In this document: piece after piece, positions 1 to 7,989 of the stretch
How positions within the stretch are numbered: position 1 is the stretch's first letter
Layout: each line of letters opens with the position of its first letter
Assembly: GCA_034927445.1 (NCBI GenBank)
Contig: JAYFPZ010000003.1
Span: 128,974 to 152,973, forward strand
Direction: 5' to 3'
Source of the DNA: Syntrophomonadaceae bacterium
Lineage (GTDB): Bacteria > Bacillota > Syntrophomonadia > Syntrophomonadales > Syntrophomonadaceae
DNA length: 24,000 nt
Program-made: the position numbers and the translations under genes
Notes under the pieces: generated by a model
What the model was told of the DNA's origin: nothing
The model's database searches: none
The model's input: only the letters and a program-made list of their open reading frames with translations

Positions 1-944
1 TGGTCATACAGAGGAAAATTATCATAGAATCCCGGCTCCGAACAGCCGATACAGGGATGCCCGGACTTGATCGGATAACTGACTCCATTGTTCCATTGCG
101 TAATAGCGCAAGCGTTATAAGTGGTCGGGCCTTTGCACCCCATTTTGTACAGACACCATCCCTGTTTGGCGCCGGTATCGTCAAAGCTTTCGACAAACAT
201 GGCTGCATCAAAGAAAGCGCGCCGATTACAGTTGTCATGGATGCGATGGTTGTAAAAAGCGGCAGGCCGCCCCTGACTGGTTAATTCGGGAATACGCTCA
301 AAAGTCAGATAATGCGCAACCACCCCGGCTATGACCTCGGCTATGGGGGGGCAGCCCGGCACCTCAATGACCGGTATATTTTTCACAATCTGTCTTACCG
401 GAACCGCTCCGGTGGGATTGGGGTGAGCCCCCTGCACACAGGTATTGGTGGCACAGGAGCCATAGGCTATAACTGCCACCGCATCCTGGGCCGCTTCCAG
501 CAGGATATCCTGGGCGGATCTCCCGCCGATCGTACAGTATATCCCATTATCCTTTAAGGGGATGCTTCCTTCTACCATTACCAGATAATGCCCCTTGAAA
601 TCCGTTATAGTTTGCTTTTTAGCCGCTTCAGCCTGTACCCCGGAGGCTGCTTGCAGGGTTTCCATGTAGTCCAGCGAGATCATGTTGAAAAGCAACTCCG
701 ACAATAAGGGATGAGCTGTTCTGATAAAGGATTCCGCACAACAGGTACATTCTTGCAGGCTCAAATAGATTACGGGCAAACGGGGTTTGGTTTCTAGAGC
801 ATAGGCGATCCGGGTGATCCAGGATGTCTCCAAACCCAGGACGGCACTTAGAAGACCGCACAGTTTTAGGAAGTCACGCCGTGAATACCCTTTGCGCCGC
901 ATCTCCTGATAAAAAGTCTCCTTTATCACATTGATCGCCTCCAT
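1..944 (-). CDS. [NiFe]-hydrogenase small subunit, Tat-exported (3' end runs off the window)
   Basis: Absent from the ORF track because it has no in-window stop. Reverse-strand translation from ATG 944 gives MEAINVIKETFYQEMRRKGYSRRDFLKLCG, with a twin-arginine SRRDFLK signal. It continues with LQECTCCAESFIR, VPGCPP, CLYKMGCKGPTTYNAC and GHPCIGCSEPGFYD, which are the FeS-ligand motifs of NiFe small subunits (cf. E. coli HyaA ETFYQAMRRQG..). The frame is open to position 1. A stop lies 5 codons upstream of ATG 944. Confidence 0.9.
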   Translation of the reverse strand, partial: MEAINVIKETFYQEMRRKGYSRRDFLKLCGLLSAVLGLETSWITRIAYALETKPRLPVIYLSLQECTCCAESFIRTAHPLLSELLFNMISLDYMETLQAASGVQAEAAKKQTITDFKGHYLVMVEGSIPLKDNGIYCTIGGRSAQDILLEAAQDAVAVIAYGSCATNTCVQGAHPNPTGAVPVRQIVKNIPVIEVPGCPPIAEVIAGVVAHYLTFERIPELTSQGRPAAFYNHRIHDNCNRRAFFDAAMFVESFDDTGAKQGWCLYKMGCKGPTTYNACAITQWNNGVSYPIKSGHPCIGCSEPGFYDNFPLYD

Positions 945-1074
945 TGGAATTTTTTATTATTATTTCCCTGATAAAACCAAATATGTACTCGCCCGGGCTT
1001 AATGCCGGTAAAGAGTATACTTCTGCTTGGGCATGGAAATTATAATATTGATTCAACGTGAAAGGAGTCTTTTG

Positions 1075-1563
1075 ATGCCGGAGGAGAAGCAAAAACATTT
1101 AAACATTCTGCTTTTCAGCGGGGATTATGACAAGTGCCTGGCAGCCTTTATTTTGGCCAACGGGGCCAGGGATATGGGTATGACCGTAACTATTTTCTGT
1201 GCCTTCTGGGGTTTGTTCGTGGTAAGAGATAAAGATAAAATATCGGTTAAAGATAAAAACATATACGAAAAAATGTTTTCATCCATGACCCCAACCTATG
1301 CCGAGATGCTGCCACTTTCCAAAATGAACCTGGCCGGACTGGGCAAAAGCATGCTGTTAACCATGATGGATGAAAATGCCACCCCCCATTTGCAGGACTT
1401 TCTGGAGGGAGCACTTAAAAAAGGAGTGCGCTTCTGTGCCTGTAAACTGTCCCTTGAGATTATGGGATTTAAATCCGAGGAATTATTGGAGGGCATTGAG
1501 GTAATCGATGTCCAGGCCTATCTTGGAGATGCGGCTGAAGCCGATATACAACTTTTTATTTAG
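1075..1563 (+). CDS. DsrE/DsrF-like (DrsE_2, PF13686-type) sulfur-relay family protein
   Basis: The sequence MPEEKQKHLNILLFSGDYDKCLAAFILANGARDMGMTVTIFCAFWGL...LPLSKMNLAGLG...CACKLSLEIMG...IQLFI matches my memory of DsrE_2 family proteins end to end. The start was moved from track position 1027 to ATG 1075, which lies 7 nt after AAAGGAG. Confidence 0.8.
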   Translation: MPEEKQKHLNILLFSGDYDKCLAAFILANGARDMGMTVTIFCAFWGLFVVRDKDKISVKDKNIYEKMFSSMTPTYAEMLPLSKMNLAGLGKSMLLTMMDENATPHLQDFLEGALKKGVRFCACKLSLEIMGFKSEELLEGIEVIDVQAYLGDAAEADIQLFI

Positions 1564-1651
1564 CCTGATACCCTTCAACTAGAGGCAGCCAGGAACCTTA
1601 GCCACTTGGTGTACATAGTATAAATAAAACTATGTATGAAGAGAGTGCGCT

Positions 1652-3061
1652 ATGTTTAAACCTAAGTCAGCAGCCTTGATATTACGCCAGGATATCAAAG
1701 GCATCGACCAAAAGGTTCCGGTACTGGGCCCCGGACGGCAAAAGTACGTCTTTTTTGATAACGCGGCCAGCACCCCTCCCCTGGCCCCCGTATGGAATGA
1801 AATAGAAGATTACCTGGACTGGTATTCCGGGGTTCACCGGGGTACAGGATACAAATCCCTGTTCAGTTCACAGATATATGACGAGAGTCATGAAATAATC
1901 GGAGATTTTGTAGGCGCTGACCTGTCCCGGGACACCGTGATCCTGGTCAAGAATACCACCGAAGCCATCAACAAATTATCCTATCGTTTGCAGCTGACTC
2001 CTCAAGACATTGTTTTGATCACATGCATGGAACACCACTCCAATGAACTTCCCTGGCGGGCCCGGACGCAGGTTCAGTATATCCCCCTGGACCACAGCGG
2101 TCGGCTCGACCTCAGCCACCTGGAAAAACATTTTGCCAAATATCACCCGCACATCAAGCTCCTGGCTGTTTGCGGCGCCTCCAACGTCACCGGCCATATC
2201 AATGATGTGCATCAGCTTGCCCGGATTGCCCATGCTTATGGCTGTCAAATCGCGGTGGACGGTGCTCAGCTGATACCCCACCAGAAATTTAACATGCAGC
2301 CCCATGACAGTCCTGAGCATATCGACTTTTTGGCCTTTTCCGGCCATAAAATCTACGCTCCCTTTGGTACGGGGGTTTTGATTGGTCCCCGCCAGATATT
2401 CGAGCGGAGTTCACCCGAGTACCAGGGCGGGGGTACAGTGAAAATTGTTACCGGGAATCAAGTTTTCTGGGCCGACCTCCCCGATAAGGAAGAAGCCGGT
2501 TCTCCCAATGTTATCGGGGCTCTGGCCCTGGCCCGCTCCCTGCAATACCTGGATAAACTGGGCATGGAGGAACTGTCCCGGCATGAGGCGGCACTGACTG
2601 ACTATGCCTTACAGAGGCTGAAATCCATCCGGGGAGTCAAAGTCTATGGCACCCAGCCCCGGGTTGGAGTGATAAGCTTCAATCTGTCCAACCTGCCCCA
2701 TGCCCTGGTAGGTGCCATATTATGTTTTGAAGCCGGTGTGGGTTTGCGTACAGGATGTTTTTGCGCCCAAAACTATGTGCGTCATCTCCTGGGAGTCAAG
2801 GCTGATGCTAAACAGGTCGAATTATATGAACAGAACCGGTTTGACCAAATCCCCGGCATGGTGCGCATAAGTATGGCGCCATACAACACCCGTGCAGAAG
2901 TAGATCATCTGATCAAATGGCTTACCTGTATCCTGGATAACAGATTCCAGTTTAAACAGCGCTATAAATTCTCCCCCACCCATGGCGGTTTCATTCCCTC
3001 GGGCTTATTGAGCCCCAAAAACCAGTGGGATGAATTAAAACTGGGAGCGGGCAACAGCTAG
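1652..3061 (+). CDS. Class-V aminotransferase / cysteine desulfurase family protein (SufS/NifS-like)
   Basis: A 469-aa ORF with FFDNAAS, a PLP-lysine context FSGHKIYAPFGTGVL, and a C-terminal active-site-like loop GLRTGCFCAQ (cf. R-x-G-H-H-C-A). It sits 88 nt downstream of the DsrE-like gene on the same strand. Confidence 0.85.
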   Translation: MFKPKSAALILRQDIKGIDQKVPVLGPGRQKYVFFDNAASTPPLAPVWNEIEDYLDWYSGVHRGTGYKSLFSSQIYDESHEIIGDFVGADLSRDTVILVKNTTEAINKLSYRLQLTPQDIVLITCMEHHSNELPWRARTQVQYIPLDHSGRLDLSHLEKHFAKYHPHIKLLAVCGASNVTGHINDVHQLARIAHAYGCQIAVDGAQLIPHQKFNMQPHDSPEHIDFLAFSGHKIYAPFGTGVLIGPRQIFERSSPEYQGGGTVKIVTGNQVFWADLPDKEEAGSPNVIGALALARSLQYLDKLGMEELSRHEAALTDYALQRLKSIRGVKVYGTQPRVGVISFNLSNLPHALVGAILCFEAGVGLRTGCFCAQNYVRHLLGVKADAKQVELYEQNRFDQIPGMVRISMAPYNTRAEVDHLIKWLTCILDNRFQFKQRYKFSPTHGGFIPSGLLSPKNQWDELKLGAGNS

Positions 3062-3171
3062 ATTAGAAGTGCAATTGGGACCAAACCAATTGTCCCCTAA
3101 CCTGTCGCCCAATTGCCGAGGCTGCCTGGTGATGACAAGCCGGGCCAGGCGGATGACATGCTGTCCGCTGG

Positions 3172-4773
3172 CTAAATTCGCAGGAATTTGGACTTTTGGC
3201 TCTGGATGGTCTGCAGAAACAGGTCCCGGCCCTGATCGTTGGCAACTGCCAGAGCACGAATGGAAAAAGCCCGCAGGGCATCGGGAACCGATAAGGTGCC
3301 TTCGGCTGAATCCTTGCGGCCGGTAAAGGGGAATTCATCCGGCCCGCGGCGGCACTGGGCGTTGAGGTTGACCCGGGAAACCTGGTTTACCAGAATGTCG
3401 ATCAGCGGTGCGGCATTATCCGGGGATTTTGTAAAAATACTGGCCTGCTGACCGACCGGACTGGCTGCCATATAGGCAAGAATTTCATCCAGGGTGTAAA
3501 ATGGGCTTATCGGAATTACCGGTCCGAATTGTTCAACCTTATATATCTCCATATCGCTGACGACGGGATAAAGCACCGTAGGAAAGAACAGGTTGCCGGC
3601 GGTTTTGCCGCCGTTGGCATTTGCTATACGCGCGCCTTTACCAACCGCATCCTCGATCCAGCTTGCCAACAGTTCACATTTGTTATCCTCGGCCAGCGGG
3701 GTAATAACCACCCCTTCCTCCCAAGGCATCCCGCATTTTATCTTGTCGATTTCCTGATTTAATTCGCTCAAGAATTGGCCGGCTATATCTTGATGAACCC
3801 AAATATGTTTGATGGCGGTACAGCGCTGTCCGTTAAATTCCAGGGCTCCGTTGATACACTCTTTCACCGCCAGTTCCAGGTCACAGTCCGGGAAGATAAA
3901 AGCCGGATTTTTGGCCTCCAGGCCCAATATGGTCCGCAGCCGGTTGTTATAAGGATGCTGGGCTACCAACTTCCGGGCCACCGCAGTTGAGCCGATAAAG
4001 CCCAGAACAGTAATGGAACCGGTTTTCAAGATGGGGGAGATGATAGCCGGTCCGTCGCCATTGATTATGTTTATGACGCCGGGCGGGAAAGAGGCGGCCA
4101 AGGCCTCAAACAGGGTTTCATGGCACAAACAGCCGTATTTGGGAAGTTTGACTACAGCCGTATTTCCCATGATCAAGGCCGGCATAAGCATGGCAAAGGT
4201 CTCATTCAGGGGGTAGTTAAAAGGCCCCATAATGAGACTTACACCCAAGGGGCAACGGCGGATCTGGGCAATAAAGCCTTCTTTTTTCTCAATAGAATTC
4301 GAATCATTATCCAGATCCCGCAGGCGGTTGACCGTGTCATGAATGTATTCAACGGTTCGTTTAAACTCGTCCTGACAACTGTTAAACCCCTTGGCAATTT
4401 CCCACATCTCCAGGCGGGCCAATTGAGGGCCTTTATCATTGATGCGCCGGACGAAATCTTCCATATGTTCTATACGTTCGCGGACCGGCATCTGCGGCCA
4501 GTCCCCCATGCCTGAACCATAGGCCTTTTCAGCAGCGTCCAAGGCCCTCCTGGCTTCCGCTTCATCCAACATGGGTGAACACCCCACTTTATAACGCCGG
4601 GCGGTGCTTCCTTCCGAGCAGCATATGGGGGAATAAACCTCACTGCTGCTGGCGCACTTTAATATTTCCCCATTGATCAAATATCGAGCTTCGTCTTTAT
4701 GTTCTTCAAGCCTGAATAGAGCCGGTATTTCATTAACCTGCGGATAAAACCTGCGGTTATCATCAGTTGGCAT
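3172..4773 (-). CDS. Aldehyde dehydrogenase family protein, GapN-like (non-phosphorylating NADP-dependent G3P dehydrogenase-like)
   Basis: Catalytic Cys context FNGQRCTAIK, GPFNYPLN, and a GapN-type C-terminus QCRRGPDEFPFTGRKDSAEGT. The start was moved from track 4815 to ATG 4773, which lies 7 nt after AAAGGAG. Confidence 0.85.
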   Translation of the reverse strand: MPTDDNRRFYPQVNEIPALFRLEEHKDEARYLINGEILKCASSSEVYSPICCSEGSTARRYKVGCSPMLDEAEARRALDAAEKAYGSGMGDWPQMPVRERIEHMEDFVRRINDKGPQLARLEMWEIAKGFNSCQDEFKRTVEYIHDTVNRLRDLDNDSNSIEKKEGFIAQIRRCPLGVSLIMGPFNYPLNETFAMLMPALIMGNTAVVKLPKYGCLCHETLFEALAASFPPGVINIINGDGPAIISPILKTGSITVLGFIGSTAVARKLVAQHPYNNRLRTILGLEAKNPAFIFPDCDLELAVKECINGALEFNGQRCTAIKHIWVHQDIAGQFLSELNQEIDKIKCGMPWEEGVVITPLAEDNKCELLASWIEDAVGKGARIANANGGKTAGNLFFPTVLYPVVSDMEIYKVEQFGPVIPISPFYTLDEILAYMAASPVGQQASIFTKSPDNAAPLIDILVNQVSRVNLNAQCRRGPDEFPFTGRKDSAEGTLSVPDALRAFSIRALAVANDQGRDLFLQTIQSQKSKFLRI

Positions 4774-4964
4774 CAATAGTCTCCTTTCGGTCATTTGAAT
4801 TATATTTAGTATCAATATATGAGCCGCAATAAATACCAGCTAAATATTAAAATATAATTGAACCATAGCCAGAAACGATATTGAGATAAGATATTTGACC
4901 TGTTTTAATATCATATGCATATTTTATGCATTGACCCCTGAAGCAAGTATAATCTTGGTTCTTT

Positions 4965-5522
4965 CTAATATTTGTAGGATGTTTTTGTCATATATGTCTC
5001 TTTATCTGCTTTTCGAAAGAATAATACACTGAGTACTAAGATACTACCCAGTGCTAAAGCTGTTAACAGAAGAAAATAATCTCGATAATTTTGCAATAGT
5101 ATAATAAAAAGTACAGTGATAATTATTCCAAACCGTTGATTCCTATCTATGCTGATCAACGCTACCAGTATGCCAAGCACAAAATATTCGCAGTTTATTT
5201 TACCGGTAAAACCATAATTTACTGCACTCAACAATACGTAAATAATACTAAAGGCTGTACATTTATAAAGCGTCTTTGCTGCCAATATGTCAAATAATGA
5301 AATAGGAGTAGATAAATAAATATCCAGTAGCTTTTTATCTTTTAGCTCCAAGTATATATTGATAAACAGGGAATAAGTAAAGCTAAGCAAGAATACAATA
5401 TTGCTAATTTGAAGATAAACAGTTGCCCTTACAAATACAAGAATGATTGCCGCCGTAACAGTGTAATATATAAAATGAAATCTATGACGATAAAAATCAT
5501 TTAAGAGTAATAATTTTATCAT
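4965..5522 (-). CDS. ABC-2-type permease-like integral membrane protein (second membrane subunit, LanG-like position)
   Basis: 185 aa, very hydrophobic with multiple TM segments. The loop LSTPISLFDILAAK resembles the ABC-2 permease motif. Its start is 4 nt after the stop of the upstream permease. Codon usage is AT-rich like the rest of the island. Confidence 0.6.
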   Translation of the reverse strand: MIKLLLLNDFYRHRFHFIYYTVTAAIILVFVRATVYLQISNIVFLLSFTYSLFINIYLELKDKKLLDIYLSTPISLFDILAAKTLYKCTAFSIIYVLLSAVNYGFTGKINCEYFVLGILVALISIDRNQRFGIIITVLFIILLQNYRDYFLLLTALALGSILVLSVLFFRKADKETYMTKTSYKY

Positions 5523-5525
5523 GGT

Positions 5526-6161
5526 TTAATCCCCAACCATATTTTGTTTATCTAGCGTATACCAATAATTCAATATTCCGCTGGCAAGAAGCAAAACGTT
5601 AATAATAGAATAAACTAGCATTGGGCTTATCTCGCTAAAAAATGGAAGAAAAAAAATAACGATAATGGATATTGACACAATCGTGGCAAACATTCTGGGG
5701 ACTATATTATTTAACCAAACCGAAAGACACACCAAAGTACCGGAAAATATCAGGATGAAATAAAATAATAGAATAAGGTTATCAAAGATTCCTGAAGTTT
5801 TGAGGACAAAGTAATTTATTACATACAATATACTCAAATTAAAAAGAGAAACAAGAATGGCTGTTGCAAGAGTGACGGTGAATCTACTAAAAACTATAGT
5901 TTTAATAGAAACTGGCAATGATATTAATGACTCCATTAATCCCAATTTCTTGTCTATTGTAAAATCGGCGTTGGAAAGAGAAACAAGAATGGCTGTAAGA
6001 ATAAGTACGGTATTCATGCCTTCACTCAGGCTATTTCTCATTTGAGTTGCGATGATGCCAAAAAAAATGGGTAACAGTATATACGAATAAGAAAACATGC
6101 CTTTTTTTTCCCACAGACGCTTTATGTTGTGTATACTATCCCGCTTTAGGATTCCAGTCAT
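5526..6161 (-). CDS. ABC-2-type transporter permease (first membrane subunit, LanE-like position)
   Basis: 211 aa with about 6 hydrophobic segments. The N-terminus MTGILKRDSIHNIKRL is typical of ABC-2 permeases, and the motif LISLPVSIKTIVFSR is present. It lies directly downstream of the ATPase gene. Confidence 0.65.
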   Translation of the reverse strand: MTGILKRDSIHNIKRLWEKKGMFSYSYILLPIFFGIIATQMRNSLSEGMNTVLILTAILVSLSNADFTIDKKLGLMESLISLPVSIKTIVFSRFTVTLATAILVSLFNLSILYVINYFVLKTSGIFDNLILLFYFILIFSGTLVCLSVWLNNIVPRMFATIVSISIIVIFFLPFFSEISPMLVYSIINVLLLASGILNYWYTLDKQNMVGD

Positions 6162-6179
6162 AACAAATATCCCCCGCAG

Positions 6180-6836
6180 TCAGTTTAATTTTGATATTAT
6201 AATTCCATGGTCAATGGTTAGTTCATTATCACATATACCGTCCACATTTTTTTCATTATGCTCGCTAATCAATATACATATATCATTCATTAAAGATTGC
6301 TTTATATAATCTCGAAATAAGGCAATTCCTTGTTCATCCAGTCCTGAAAATGGTTCATCACAGATGATTATTCTGGGTTCACATATCATAAGTTTTGCGA
6401 TTTCCAATCGTTTTTTCATTCCGGTAGAAAAAGTTTTGACTTTATTGTCCGAGTAATCGCTTAGTCCTGCCCGCTCCAAAGCCCACTCGCTTTTGCGATT
6501 AGGCAATCTAGTTTTTTTATATACCTGAAAGAAGAATTCCAGATTTTCTCTAGCAGTTAATAGAGGGTCTGTTCCTTCCTTATTCATAATAAATCCCATG
6601 AATTGTCTTGAGTGCACGTCATAATAAGGATTTTGTCCCATTATTTTTATATAACCCGAATCAGGTTTTAACAAACCCACCATCAGCCTGATAACGGTAG
6701 TTTTTCCACTGCCATTATCGCCTTTAAGCCAGTTGCATGATTTCCATCCCAACTTAAAACTTACATTATTTAATACCATGGCATCTGCCCCAAATGATTT
6801 ATACACATTGCAAAACTCAACCGGCATACTCAACAT
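6180..6836 (-). CDS. ABC transporter ATP-binding protein (LanF-like position)
   Basis: Walker A GDNGSGKTT, signature FSTGMKKRLEIA, Walker B IIICDEPFSGLD, H-loop ISEH. The start is ambiguous, with ATGs at 6839, 6836 and 6827 downstream of GGGAGG (6841-6846), so the track start 6914 is probably too long. The start region overlaps the stop (6817) of the upstream SPASM-remnant ORF, which suggests coupling. Confidence 0.85.
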   Translation of the reverse strand: MLSMPVEFCNVYKSFGADAMVLNNVSFKLGWKSCNWLKGDNGSGKTTVIRLMVGLLKPDSGYIKIMGQNPYYDVHSRQFMGFIMNKEGTDPLLTARENLEFFFQVYKKTRLPNRKSEWALERAGLSDYSDNKVKTFSTGMKKRLEIAKLMICEPRIIICDEPFSGLDEQGIALFRDYIKQSLMNDICILISEHNEKNVDGICDNELTIDHGIIISKLN

Positions 6837-7089
6837 CATCCCTCCCGCAAATGGCAACTGAGAACTCATTTCCTGACAAAATGCTTTCAAAAGCTCGACA
6901 TTCATTGCATGCATATCGATGGCTGCAATCCTTGCAGGGACTTATTTTATCAAGGGTCAACCGCCATAACTCCTGCACTTCTTTTTTGGTAATTATATCA
7001 TGCAATAGATTATTATGTATATTGCCGAAGTTGTTATTTCTCATCATTCTACATATGTAAACTGAACCGTCATGGCTTATGAAATATGT
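6817..7089 (-). pseudogene. 3' remnant of a radical-SAM/SPASM-domain maturase gene (radical-SAM core missing)
   Basis: The C-terminal ~90 aa of track ORF 6817..7248 read TYFISHDGSVYICRMMRNNNFGNIHNNLLHDIITKKEVQELW...SPCKDCSHRYACNECRA. This matches the SPASM pattern (dG-x-vy-x-C ... GN ... C-x2-C-x5-C-x2-C). There is no CxxxCxxC core anywhere upstream. Confidence 0.6.
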
Positions 7090-7162
7090 TTTGGCCGTTA
7101 ATACTGCGAACCATAATATGATAAATCCCTGTTTTGCTAGTCTGCCTAGCATACCTGGCCAT
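7070..7162 (-). pseudogene. 5' stub (30 codons) of a Y1 / IS200-like (COG1943, PF01797-type) transposase gene
   Basis: SD AGAGGAGG (7168-7175) lies 5 nt before ATG 7162. The translation is MARYARQTSKTGIYHIMVRSINGQNIFHKP*. This matches the characteristic N-terminus ..S.sGIYH[IV]M.RGIN.Q.IF.. of Firmicute IS200-like transposases. It terminates before the HUH and Tyr motifs. It is in a different frame from, and overlaps, the SPASM-remnant ORF. Confidence 0.55.
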
Positions 7163-7341
7163 TTGTGCCTCCTCTGTCCAAATTTCCTTTTACTCCAATA
7201 AGGAAAGGAGAACAAGGTACCCAAAAGGAAGAACTGGGAACCTGTCATACTTATAGGTCCCAGCCCATTTTTTCCTCATGAAATAAAATTAAATTGGAAG
7301 CAAAAAGAACGTCCCTTAGCTTCCTCTGATCAGCCTCATTC

Positions 7342-7370
7342 TTTACAGATACGGCAAATATGTCTAAACT
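7342..7370 (+). promoter_or_regulatory. Candidate sigma-A promoter for the usp gene
   Basis: TTTACA (7342-7347), a 17-nt spacer, then TAAACT (7365-7370), about 58 nt upstream of ATG 7428. This rests on a sequence match only. Confidence 0.3.
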
Positions 7371-7427
7371 AAAGGGGTAAATATATACTGCTGTAAAGTC
7401 AATGTTTTGAAAGACGGGGGTGTTATT

Positions 7428-7883
7428 ATGATCAAGAAGATACTGGTAGCTTATGATAATGGTAGTCAGTCCAAAAAGGCCCTGGAAGCGGCTATAGAAA
7501 TTGCCGGTAGTACAGGGGCGGAGATTTATGTGGTTGCCGCCTATGCCCTACCTATAGTCTACCAAGGTACAATCCCCCTCGACGGGGTGTATCCCGATAA
7601 CACCGTAATTATTAATTACCTGCAGGAAAACAGCCATGCTTATATGGAAAAGATTCTGGCTGAGGCGGCCGACCGGATTCGTCAGGCCAATATTCCGGTA
7701 TACACCGAGGTCCTGGATGGCAGTCCCGGACGAGTGATAAGCCAGTATGCCGAGGAAAAGGGGGTTGATCTGGTCGCTGTCGGGTCACATAATCGCACCA
7801 TGGTAAACCGGTTCTTTATCGGCAGCGTATCCAATTATATTCTCCAACATGTAAAATGCCTGGTTTTGATCGCCAAAGATTAA
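7428..7883 (+). CDS. Universal stress protein (UspA family)
   Basis: MIKKILVAYDNGSQSKKALEAAIEIA ... VDLVAVGSHNRTMVNRFFIGSVSNYILQHVKCLVLIAK, which includes the Usp ATP-binding G-x2-G-x9-G-S motif. The start was moved to ATG 7428 after GGGGGTG. Confidence 0.85.
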   Translation: MIKKILVAYDNGSQSKKALEAAIEIAGSTGAEIYVVAAYALPIVYQGTIPLDGVYPDNTVIINYLQENSHAYMEKILAEAADRIRQANIPVYTEVLDGSPGRVISQYAEEKGVDLVAVGSHNRTMVNRFFIGSVSNYILQHVKCLVLIAKD

Positions 7884-7900
7884 TAGATTTTAAACAGATG

Positions 7901-7937
7901 GCCCATGGGAAAATTGAACCCATGGGCCTTTAGTTTT
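7901..7937. terminator. Bidirectional rho-independent terminator between convergent usp and ispA
   Basis: GGCCCATGG (7901-7909) pairs with CCATGGGCC (7920-7928), a 9-bp GC-rich stem with a 10-nt loop. On the + strand it is preceded by an A-rich run (TTTTAAACAGAT) and followed by TTTAGTTTT. Confidence 0.75.
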
Positions 7938-7989
7938 GTCAATCTAGGATAATTCTGTCAAGGAGACGGTTCTTTTGACAATCTGCAGC

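Noticed and set aside
3062-3171. Hairpins between the convergent aminotransferase and ALDH genes (CAATTGG-N7-CCAATTG near 3073-3093; CCAGgCGGA-N10-TCCGCTGG 3145-3171)
   Set aside because: Neither is followed by a U-tract on either strand, so neither is convincing as an intrinsic terminator.
7190-7279. 29-aa minus-strand ORF (MRKKWAGTYKYDRFPVLPFGYLVLLSLLE) upstream of the SPASM remnant, considered as a RiPP precursor
   Set aside because: It has no SD and no Cys, Ser or Thr-rich core expected for a SPASM-enzyme substrate. It also overlaps the hairpin and the mosaic ORF, so it is most likely a chance ORF in AT-rich DNA.
7308-7317. 10-mer AACGTCCCTT shared with 22026-22035, both near edges of the AT-rich patches
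   Set aside because: Hundreds of exact 10-mer pairs are expected by chance in 24 kb, and the flanking similarity is only partial.
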